IMG/VR virus record: IMGVR_UViG_3300045988_073633
Span: 1 to 56,177 of that record
Length of the DNA stretch: 56,177 bases
Source of the DNA: a virus
Direction: 5' to 3' (one strand)
Position 1 is the first letter of the stretch. The number at the start of each line of letters is the position of its first letter. The translations under genes were made by a program, and so were the position numbers. The notes beneath the pieces are model-generated. The model was not told the origin of the DNA, made no database searches, and worked only from the letters and a program-made list of their open reading frames with translations. Positions 27,498-34,699 of this stretch are shown piece after piece.

Positions 27498-27869
27498 TTA
27501 CCTTTCCCTGTCTTTTGTCCTCCAGGCAATAGCCATATGCTTTATATCAGAAACCATCTTTGACCAGTATTCCATGCTTTGCATGTTTATAATGTTCAAC
27601 TTCATTGACAGTTCTATATAAAAAATCAATTCATCACAATTCGTTATGGATTTTGTCTGTAGCTCTGACCTTTCCCGACGATATAACTTCAAATCTGTTC
27701 GGTTTGCTTCGTACAAATATTCGTAGATTTCCATTGCTTTGTTCTGCATCTTATCTACAAGCGAAAATCTGTACTTCTTTGGATATCTATTGCAATTTGA
27801 AGTTATTCGCAATGTATGTTCAGCTAATTCCTTTGCTTTTAGAATTACTTTTAGTTCTGTTTCTGCCAT
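27498..27869 (-). CDS. avd: Avd (accessory variability determinant), four-helix-bundle protein
   Basis: The YPKKYRFSLVDKMQNKAMEIYEYLYEAN motif, basic, located between VP and TR. Met-8 is the likely start. Confidence 0.8.
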   Translation of the reverse strand: MAETELKVILKAKELAEHTLRITSNCNRYPKKYRFSLVDKMQNKAMEIYEYLYEANRTDLKLYRRERSELQTKSITNCDELIFYIELSMKLNIINMQSMEYWSKMVSDIKHMAIAWRTKDRER

Positions 27870-27873
27870 ATAC

Positions 27874-28488
27874 TTATTCCTCTGATTCAAAGATTAAAGA
27901 GGAGAAGATACAAACCGGGCGAACACCGCGGCTGCCATTGCAAAGGCTGAGGCTGAAATCGCCGGACGGGGCAACAACGGCCACAGATGTCTCATAATCG
28001 TTGCATGGTGTACTCCACGGAGTAACAAGCCACCACCAATAATCATCTGTGTTAGGTATAAGGCTTCTATATTTTCGGTATTCATCAACCGTAAGAAGTG
28101 ACACCTTGTCCTCACACTCTCCATATTCAGTCTGTCCGTCAAGTGAAATCAGATTGCGATTGAATGGAATGATATTCTCTTCTCCTATTTCGTCAACAAT
28201 CTTTTCGATAAACTCTGTATCGAGATATTCTCGTAACTGGCTTTTAATCCAATCGTTTGATTCTTTGTCAAACTCCATGTTTTCTTCTAGTTTATCTGCA
28301 AGACACATATATCCTTTTTCAGTAATATTAAGTATCTTCCAAGTGACCCCGGCAATGTCAAAGGTATCTCCAATTCCTAATCCAGATGGTATATTATTAA
28401 TCTTCTTTGAAGATTCAAGTGCTGCAATCTTCTCTTTCAACTCATTAATTTGTTCCTGCAAGCTTTTCATTGTTAATGTTGTACTCAT
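27874..28488 (-). CDS. DGR variable protein 1
   Basis: 204 aa. The C-terminus DYWWWLVTPW...VVAPSGDFSLSLCNGSRGVRPVCIF contains VR1. Confidence 0.85.
   Translation of the reverse strand: MSTTLTMKSLQEQINELKEKIAALESSKKINNIPSGLGIGDTFDIAGVTWKILNITEKGYMCLADKLEENMEFDKESNDWIKSQLREYLDTEFIEKIVDEIGEENIIPFNRNLISLDGQTEYGECEDKVSLLTVDEYRKYRSLIPNTDDYWWWLVTPWSTPCNDYETSVAVVAPSGDFSLSLCNGSRGVRPVCIFSSLIFESEE
27907..27983 (-). repeat. Variable repeat 1 (VR1)
   Basis: 16 differences from the TR within the repeat, all at template adenines. It also has 3 shared non-A differences at the 3' (IMH-like) edge. Confidence 0.9.
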
Positions 28489-28490
28489 AA

Positions 28491-29090
28491 TTATTCTCCT
28501 TTCGATACAAAGATATTAGATTTCAAGATACAAACCGGGCGAACACCGTAGTTGTAATTGCAATTGCGGCTGCTGATAAAGCCGGACGGGGCAACAACGG
28601 CTATTGCATACTTCCAATTTCTACTTTCAGTAGACCAAGGCGTGCAAGTCCACCACCAATCGTTTAGATTCTTATTGGCAATCAAATCATTGTACTTTCT
28701 TGCTTCGTCAAATGTAATAGGTCTGACCTTACAAGTACAAGGTTCAAACTCATGCTGCATATCAACAGAAGTCAAATCAACCGTATGTTCAATGATGTTA
28801 TCTGCTCCCAGTTCATCTTCAATAATAGGCTGTATATCGTTCTCAATAATTTTCTTTAGATTTGACTTGTTATAATCTCTTGTATCTTCATCAAATAAAA
28901 TATCTTCTGCCATAAAATCCTTAGATATTACCTTTGTTGTTCCGTTGCAATGATCAAGCACGATGAAATCATGCTCTCCAACTTTGAATGCATCTCCCGG
29001 ATTCAATACTGATAACTGTACCTTGTTAGCTTTTTCTGCTTCTTCTAACTGCTTGACAAGTTCTCTTGCAATTTCTAATGCTTTGCTCAT
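28491..29090 (-). CDS. DGR variable protein 2 (paralogue of VP1)
   Basis: 199 aa. The C-terminus NDWWWTCTPW...VVAPSGFISSRNCNYNYGVRPVCIL contains VR2. Confidence 0.85.
   Translation of the reverse strand: MSKALEIARELVKQLEEAEKANKVQLSVLNPGDAFKVGEHDFIVLDHCNGTTKVISKDFMAEDILFDEDTRDYNKSNLKKIIENDIQPIIEDELGADNIIEHTVDLTSVDMQHEFEPCTCKVRPITFDEARKYNDLIANKNLNDWWWTCTPWSTESRNWKYAIAVVAPSGFISSRNCNYNYGVRPVCILKSNIFVSKGE
28527..28603 (-). repeat. Variable repeat 2 (VR2)
   Basis: 10 differences from the TR, all at template adenines. Same IMH-like edge as VR1. Confidence 0.9.
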
Positions 29091-29092
29091 TT

Positions 29093-30988
29093 TTAGCCCT
29101 CCTTACTAATCACTTTCAGTTTCTCATCATCTGTTCTTTTAAGAATAATCAGCTGATTGTCAACATCAGGAATCCTAATACTATCAACAGATTCAGCATC
29201 ATCAATTATGATTGGAATGCTGATCCCAAGTTTTTCCTGAAATGCCATACAAATATCCATCTCTGTAAGCATTCTTGCACCATGGTTAAGATTCCTGTAA
29301 TAAGATTCTCCATTGTGAAGATAATTACAACATTCTTCCAATTCTCCGTTTTTCAACTTCTTTATTAATTCAACATTGCAAAACGATAAATGCTTATTTA
29401 CGTCATCTTCCAACACTTTATTCTTCTTCAAAGAAAATTCTCTCAATAAATCGATTATTCTTTCTTGATCTGCAATTTTTTGCTGTGTTTTTCTTTGTTC
29501 CATTAGAATATGTTCTATTCTCTCATCTATAGCAATATTGTTAGAAGATCGTTGCATTTTAGAATCTATGCTGGAAAGCTCTTGCATGAGATCCTGCTCA
29601 TCTTCTTTAAGAGAAGATCGAACTTTTGTAAGTTCATTTTCCTTTACTTGATTCTGCAGCTCTTCCATTTCTTCTCTTAAAGAAATAACCTCCTCATTAG
29701 AATCTATATCAGCTACATTCCCGATAGATTCTATCTCCTTACTAATTGATATAAGATTAGATTGGAAATCAGACAACCTTTTATCATTTTCGACATTAAG
29801 TTGTTCGATGTTCTTAATTGTCGAAGTTGATTTTTCGATACAGTTCTTTAGTCGAAGTCCTTCTTCCTCAATGCCTTTAAGCCTTTTTTCTTTTGAAGAT
29901 TTCAAAAAATCTTCACTATCGCTTAAAGGTCTGCCACAAGTAGGGCATACATCTGGAATCTTTTCTGCTTTTACATCCATCCACAATTTTGAAAGCCTAT
30001 TTTTCTCCGAACTCATATTTTCGACATCCCCACGAAGTCGAATTACTTCGTTCTTATTTCTCTGTATTGCATCCGAAATATCATATATTTCATTTATGAT
30101 ATCCCCTTTTTTCTTTTCCAGCTCTTTCCGTCTAGCTCTTGCTTTTTCATTTTCTTCATTCTGTAGTTCTGATATTCGAAACTTGATTTCCATGATTCTT
30201 TCAATAGAAGAATCATATTGGCTTAATAAAGCTGATGTCTCAGTCTGTTTCTTTGCATTCTCATCAAGAAGTTTTTTTATCTCATTCTTTCTCAGTTCAA
30301 GTTCTGACACATCAATATCAACCTTCTGCTTCTCTAATTCTTCAATTCTAGGTCTGTATCCGCTAAAATCTGCTTTTAGTTTCTTTAATTCCCGGCTACA
30401 TCTATCTTTCAATTCATTAATCGTTCCATCTTCCAACATAGGCTTTAATTCTGAAAATTCATCGCATTCGCACAATGAAGAATCCTCATGCTCCGAAAAT
30501 GTGCTGTTAAGAATTGATCTCTGATCTGAATAACCACTTCTCAGCAAAGTCATTGCATTAATGCAGTAGGATATGTTGCCTATATTTTCCTGCAAAAACG
30601 ATCCATAATCAGTCGCTTTCTTGAGAATATCGTTGATATAGCATTCCGTAACTGTTCCTGTAATGTCTCCTTTTTTGTTCTTTTTATATTTCAGCACCTT
30701 TTTCAGCACCTTTTTAGATCCATCAATATCAATTTCCATTTCAGCAATGCAATCATCTGAATTAATATCGTTTCCATCTAAATCATGTGGCCTAATTCCT
30801 GTAATTTCCTTGCCGTTCTCATCCTTGCAGTTAAGCAACCACTGTATGATCTTTTTAATTGTTGACTTTCCGGATTCATTAACACCTGTAATCTCAGTTA
30901 CGTTGCTTAAAGTTATATCAATAGTGTTATCACCATAAAACTTAAAGCAATTATCAACTTTAATTCTGCATATTTTCATTATCATCAT
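29093..30988 (-). CDS. SbcC/Rad50-like SMC-family ATPase
   Basis: Walker A GVNESGKST, a long coiled coil with a central CPTCGR zinc-hook-like motif, and Walker B IIIDDAES. Confidence 0.65.
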   Translation of the reverse strand: MMIMKICRIKVDNCFKFYGDNTIDITLSNVTEITGVNESGKSTIKKIIQWLLNCKDENGKEITGIRPHDLDGNDINSDDCIAEMEIDIDGSKKVLKKVLKYKKNKKGDITGTVTECYINDILKKATDYGSFLQENIGNISYCINAMTLLRSGYSDQRSILNSTFSEHEDSSLCECDEFSELKPMLEDGTINELKDRCSRELKKLKADFSGYRPRIEELEKQKVDIDVSELELRKNEIKKLLDENAKKQTETSALLSQYDSSIERIMEIKFRISELQNEENEKARARRKELEKKKGDIINEIYDISDAIQRNKNEVIRLRGDVENMSSEKNRLSKLWMDVKAEKIPDVCPTCGRPLSDSEDFLKSSKEKRLKGIEEEGLRLKNCIEKSTSTIKNIEQLNVENDKRLSDFQSNLISISKEIESIGNVADIDSNEEVISLREEMEELQNQVKENELTKVRSSLKEDEQDLMQELSSIDSKMQRSSNNIAIDERIEHILMEQRKTQQKIADQERIIDLLREFSLKKNKVLEDDVNKHLSFCNVELIKKLKNGELEECCNYLHNGESYYRNLNHGARMLTEMDICMAFQEKLGISIPIIIDDAESVDSIRIPDVDNQLIILKRTDDEKLKVISKEG

Positions 30989-31505
30989 CGTTCACCTCCT
31001 CGATTCTGTAGCACGAAACCTCATATGCTTCTCCATGCTTATTTCCATTATTGTAGATTCTTCTCTGAAATCTACCTTCTATTTCTATTCTTGTTCCACA
31101 TTTCATATCATTCAATATGTGTGCGTTAGAACCCCATGCAATAAAAGGTATGTAATTCCTTCCATCTGTAAACATCATTGAGTTGCATATAAGGATATTG
31201 TTAACCGTGGATCGCTTCATGTATGGCTTCATTACAACAATCCCATTCAAAAGTGCTTTGTTCGTTGTTGGAATAATTGACTCAGACATAATATGCAGGT
31301 CTTCAACATCCACATATACAATTAGATGCTTTTTGTAATACATTGACTTAATCGTTCCTTTAATATGTACAATGTCTCCAATTTCTGCACAATTACCGCA
31401 TGTCTGGCATAGAATTATGTCCGAATTTCCGCTTGTCCTCATAACTTCAACGCTATACAGCGTTTCATTGATTCCAACAACTTCTCCTGCTATCTCGATA
31501 TTCAT
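30960..31505 (-). CDS. OB-fold SSB-like protein
   Basis: The C-terminal half (NYIPFIAWGSNAHIL...IEIEGRFQRRIY) resembles SSB/PriB-type OB folds. Confidence 0.45.
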   Translation of the reverse strand: MNIEIAGEVVGINETLYSVEVMRTSGNSDIILCQTCGNCAEIGDIVHIKGTIKSMYYKKHLIVYVDVEDLHIMSESIIPTTNKALLNGIVVMKPYMKRSTVNNILICNSMMFTDGRNYIPFIAWGSNAHILNDMKCGTRIEIEGRFQRRIYNNGNKHGEAYEVSCYRIEEVNDDDNENMQN

Positions 31506-31638
31506 TTGATCTCCTTTCGTTTGAACCTACAATAATTAGAATTATACCGGCAATGGTTATGGAAATCGGAATTGCTATGTATCTGCTATCCATTAATGAC
31601 ATTCCCACAAACATCAACATAAAACCAATCCTAATCAT
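31465..31638 (-). CDS. Small membrane protein (57 aa)
   Basis: SD AAAGGAGA, two hydrophobic helices. Below the ORF-track cutoff. Confidence 0.35.
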   Translation of the reverse strand: MIRIGFMLMFVGMSLMDSRYIAIPISITIAGIILIIVGSNERRSNEYRDSRRSCWNQ

Positions 31639-31811
31639 CTCCGCTTGTCTCCTTTCAAAAATTTATCAACAAACTTTATTACACCTGTTTTTCGATTCAC
31701 TATCCGATAATAAAAATCCGTTTCTGCTACAAATCCCCATTCTTTAGGATCTAATTTATGTGCCATTATGCACTCTTTTTGATTTCTGGTTAATTTCTTC
31801 GGTTGCTTCAT
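31635..31811 (-). CDS. Small conserved phage/ICE protein (DUF6906-like, tentative)
   Basis: 58 aa, MKQPKKLTRNQKECIMAHKLDPKEW...NRKTG. Confidence 0.4.
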   Translation of the reverse strand: MKQPKKLTRNQKECIMAHKLDPKEWGFVAETDFYYRIVNRKTGVIKFVDKFLKGDKRR

Positions 31812-31814
31812 CGC

Positions 31815-32366
31815 TTATCTCCCTTCTGTGCTAAAATAAAGATCGCCAGATTTCAGATACGGAACACCAAAGCTGTGATAATAACCATTTCTGAAATAAT
31901 ACATATCTGATGGATGATTGTTTTCTTTTAAGGCATTTTCAACGGCCTGCTCAACCTGTTCCGTCCATCCATAGTTTTCAAACTCGCTCCATGTGGTTAC
32001 CTCATATTGGTTCTTCTGATAAATCACATCATGCAATGTATCAGGAAATTTATCGCTTTCAAGTCTGTTAAGAATCGTCAGTGCTACCATTTCCTGTGCT
32101 TCAATGCTCTGGTTTCCAGATTCGCAATACACGGTCCTGCATAACAATTCTTTTTCTTCCTTATTTAAAAGGATTCTGTAATCCGTTCCTTTCGTACTTG
32201 CGTGTTCCACAAACTCAACTTCTTTAGCATCTACTTCAACAGGTACAGGATCTTCATTTACTTCTTCAATCTGTATTTCTTGCTCCAGTTCTGTTTCCTT
32301 ACATATAATTGCAGTAGCAACCATAACCGATACAATTCCAAGAAATACTAATCTTTCCTTTCTCAA
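31815..32366 (-). CDS. SleB-type cell-wall hydrolase with an N-terminal TM anchor
   Basis: The LLCRTVYCESGNQ...ALTILNRLESDKFPDTLHDVIYQKNQY motif. Confidence 0.7.
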   Translation of the reverse strand: MRKERLVFLGIVSVMVATAIICKETELEQEIQIEEVNEDPVPVEVDAKEVEFVEHASTKGTDYRILLNKEEKELLCRTVYCESGNQSIEAQEMVALTILNRLESDKFPDTLHDVIYQKNQYEVTTWSEFENYGWTEQVEQAVENALKENNHPSDMYYFRNGYYHSFGVPYLKSGDLYFSTEGR

Positions 32367-33070
32367 TCTCTTAACTCCATTCTTAACTGTGCGTTACAAT
32401 CATGCACTTCTTCTTCAAGGATTCTCGGAAGTTCATAGCAATCAATGAAATCGTGAACATCTGCAATGTACTTTCGCTTAATACTCTTATACGTTGAAAC
32501 ACAACCATATTCACGTTTCAACTGATTCCACATGTCAGAGAACACCTTGTTTCTTGTACTTGCATCCTTGTAAGCATTACTCTGCTTTCCGCCAAGGATG
32601 TTTACCGCCTTTCTCTTTACATGAGACTGAATCTCGTCAATCTCGCATCCGTAAAGCGGCATATCGTTCTCAAGCCTGTCCATACGTTCTGACAACTCTG
32701 TATTTCCCTGTGCCAGCAACTTAATCTGCTCTGAGGTTGTCATTGGCTTGTTATATCCTCCGGTCTTTCTGATTGATGGAAGAACCTCGGAGGTAACCCA
32801 ATCTGTAAATCTTTCTGCACTGTCTTTACGGCTCTGAAAGATTGTCTTGTAAAGATTGCTCTCGTTGATATATAAAAGCTTCTGCTCTCCTCCTTTTGTA
32901 AGGGTAGGAATACTATTCACACCCTTTGAGTTCAATCTTTCCTTAACCTTTGATGGTTGTGTAAGCTCTAATGCCCTGCACACATCGCCCAAACAAAACA
33001 TTGGTTCATCATCTTTTGTAATAGTTCGTATTTCTCCAAATTCTGTGTTACTAAAAATCTGTAATTCCAT
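32363..33070 (-). CDS. BRO-N/KilAC-type antirepressor
   Basis: The N-terminus FGEIRTI...PMFCLGDVCRALE...FTDWVTSEVLPSIRKTGGY. Confidence 0.75.
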   Translation of the reverse strand: MELQIFSNTEFGEIRTITKDDEPMFCLGDVCRALELTQPSKVKERLNSKGVNSIPTLTKGGEQKLLYINESNLYKTIFQSRKDSAERFTDWVTSEVLPSIRKTGGYNKPMTTSEQIKLLAQGNTELSERMDRLENDMPLYGCEIDEIQSHVKRKAVNILGGKQSNAYKDASTRNKVFSDMWNQLKREYGCVSTYKSIKRKYIADVHDFIDCYELPRILEEEVHDCNAQLRMELRD

Positions 33071-33134
33071 AAGCGTTCCTTTCTAAATAATTTGTGATAT
33101 AATACCCTTATTCTATTAAGAAAAGAGGTGAAAT

Positions 33135-33326
33135 ATGACTGCCGAAAAATATGTGTCAGCTTACGCTATTGCTAAAATTTGTGGTTATAATGGTTCATAT
33201 GATGATTTTAAAAAACTGTACGACCAATACTATTCAGAAATCATCAGTTCATTACCTACTGAAGAACAACAATTAGCAAAAATAGAAGCGGCTAACAATC
33301 CATTCCGTAACCCGAAGCACTTCTAA
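33135..33326 (+). CDS. Hypothetical protein
   Basis: SD AGAGGTG. Extended -10 (TGATATAAT) at about 33095..33103. Confidence 0.4.
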   Translation: MTAEKYVSAYAIAKICGYNGSYDDFKKLYDQYYSEIISSLPTEEQQLAKIEAANNPFRNPKHF

Positions 33327-33549
33327 ACGCTTCAATTACTGGGGAAATGGCGGTAAGTACTTTGATTGATAGCTCAATGTCAGTTTCTTCAAGTTGCTTA
33401 TCGCCACTCTTAATGTCTTTGTAATCATCAATAATATCCATAGCAATATGCTGTGCAAATTCATCAATGCTTATAAAACGGGAATCTTCTTTCTCGGCAA
33501 TTACGCTTTTCCCATTTTTGTCTGTTATTGTGTATCTTTGTTTTTCCAA
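33292..33549 (-). CDS. Hypothetical protein
   Basis: ORF track. Confidence 0.45.
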   Translation of the reverse strand: MEKQRYTITDKNGKSVIAEKEDSRFISIDEFAQHIAMDIIDDYKDIKSGDKQLEETDIELSIKVLTAISPVIEAFRSASGYGMDC

Positions 33550-33587
33550 TTCTTACTCCTTTCTAAAGTTTAACGCTGTTTAACTTT

Positions 33588-33794
33588 TTAAGCAAAAAAA
33601 TAATCGCCATATTCTGCTAGTTGAATATTAAGTAGTCTACTCCATTCTTCAATATCGTGCTGTGAAAATTCTGTCTTACAATTAAGTTTTCTTGATACCG
33701 AAACCATAGAAATACCCAGTTTACTAGCAAAAGCACTCTGACTGCCGAATACTTCGACTATACGTCCTTTTAACTTGTTATATGTATATGGCAT
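33588..33794 (-). CDS. cro: Cro-like XRE-family HTH regulator
   Basis: 68 aa HTH (SQSAFASKLGISMVSVSRKL), divergent from the repressor gene. Confidence 0.7.
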   Translation of the reverse strand: MPYTYNKLKGRIVEVFGSQSAFASKLGISMVSVSRKLNCKTEFSQHDIEEWSRLLNIQLAEYGDYFFA

Positions 33795-33825
33795 ATATCT
33801 GACCCCCTTTCCTTAAGCTGATTTT

Positions 33826-33914
33826 AGTTTAACACCGTTCAACTCATATGTCAACACAAAAGTTTAATTTTGTTCAACTTTTGTGTTGAAAGTTTAACAT
33901 CATTGTGTTAAAAT
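33826..33914. promoter_or_regulatory. Lysogeny switch: back-to-back promoters with operator repeats
   Basis: Minus strand: TTGACA(33854..33849), 17 nt, TAAACT. Plus strand: TTGAAA(33886), 17 nt, TAAAAT. Operators AGTTTAAyN3GTTyAACT at 33826 and 33861, with a variant at 33891 and a further copy at 33567. A 13-bp inverted repeat TCAACACAAAAGT brackets the middle operator. Confidence 0.6.
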
Positions 33915-33946
33915 ACAGTTATCACAAAAGAAAGGAGAATATACAT

Positions 33947-34294
33947 ATGAAATGCGAAGTCACAGCAAAAAGGTTAAGAAAAGCACTTAATGAATGTGGT
34001 ATGAAGCCACAAGAATTAGCTGATAAAACAGGCATTAGTAAGTCATCAATAAGTCAATACCTTAATGGCTCACACGCTCCGTCTAATATCAGTAGTGGTA
34101 AAATGGGAAAAGTGTTAAATGTAGAACCTTTATGGCTAATGGGATTTGATGTTGAACAACGTAAGACTTTCAATGTTGAACAGGGAGATAAAGATTTTGA
34201 AATATTAGATAAGATTTCTATGTTAGACGAAAGAGATAAACAGATTGTTCTTGATATGATTGAATCTATGATTTCCAGCAAAAATAAGAAGTAG
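33947..34294 (+). CDS. CI-like XRE-family repressor
   Basis: Met-15 of the tracked ORF follows SD AAAGGAG. HTH QELADKTGISKSSISQYLNG. Confidence 0.7.
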   Translation: MKCEVTAKRLRKALNECGMKPQELADKTGISKSSISQYLNGSHAPSNISSGKMGKVLNVEPLWLMGFDVEQRKTFNVEQGDKDFEILDKISMLDERDKQIVLDMIESMISSKNKK

Positions 34295-34298
34295 GGTT

Positions 34299-34412
34299 TT
34301 ACCCCCACTTCTTAACTAATTTCTTTGTGAAAGCGTACAGATATTCTAATATGTCTGTACGCTCTATTTTATTTATAAGCTCTATTAACTTATCTTTGTA
34401 ATTTTCGTTCAT
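34299..34412 (-). CDS. Small protein (37 aa) under a LexA-box promoter; candidate SOS-induced antirepressor
   Basis: SD GGGAGGG 4 nt before the ATG. 38 codons verified by hand. Confidence 0.4.
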   Translation of the reverse strand: MNENYKDKLIELINKIERTDILEYLYAFTKKLVKKWG

Positions 34413-34449
34413 TTTTACCCTCCCAAATTTCTTTTGTAGCGATATTTTC

Positions 34450-34478
34450 ATTATAGAACATACGTTCGATTAAGTCAA
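34450..34478 (-). promoter_or_regulatory. Consensus promoter with a LexA (Cheo) box in the spacer
   Basis: Minus strand reads TTGACT-taatCGAACgtatGTTC-TATAAT. Core GAAC-N4-GTTC at 34456..34467. Confidence 0.6.
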
Positions 34479-34699
34479 TTCCCCTCTTAAACTTGACGAA
34501 CGTAGAAAATAGTGCTACTCTAATATATAGAGAGTGGTGCCAACGCCAATTAACACCACTCTCGCCAGAACTTGATACCGTTATGTTTAACGGTGATTTA
34601 ATCTTATAATATATTGAGGGGGGATTCTATACGATTCGAGAAGAAAAATTAAAAGAATTATCTACAAAACTATCCATAACAAACGATGAGAATAACTAT

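Larger units (their letters stand above)
26264..29090 (-). mobile_element. Diversity-generating retroelement cassette (VP2-VP1-avd-TR-RT)
   Basis: RT, Avd and template repeat, plus two cognate variable repeats with adenine-only mismatches. Confidence 0.9.

Noticed and set aside
27397-28603. Three copies of a repeat of about 75 bp spaced 510 and 620 bp apart could be mistaken for a degenerate CRISPR-like or tandem array.
   Set aside because: The spacing is gene-sized. Two copies lie at ORF 3' ends, and the mismatches are confined to template adenines next to an RT. These are a DGR TR and its VRs, not CRISPR repeats.
29808-30524. A 238-aa plus-strand ORF rich in S/F/L, antisense to the SbcC-like ATPase.
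   Set aside because: It is the low-complexity mirror of the E/K-rich coiled-coil coding strand. It has no SD and lies entirely inside a well-supported minus-strand gene.
31553-31747. A 64-aa plus-strand ORF in the gap between the OB-fold and SleB-like genes.
   Set aside because: The minus strand here holds two SD-preceded small ORFs (31635..31811 and 31465..31638) that fit the operon.
34634-34699. Possible N-terminal extension of the 34700 repressor-like gene from an in-frame ATT located about 10 nt after a strong SD (GAGGGGGG).
   Set aside because: A non-canonical start cannot be supported from sequence alone. The ATG at 34700 is kept, though it has a weak SD.
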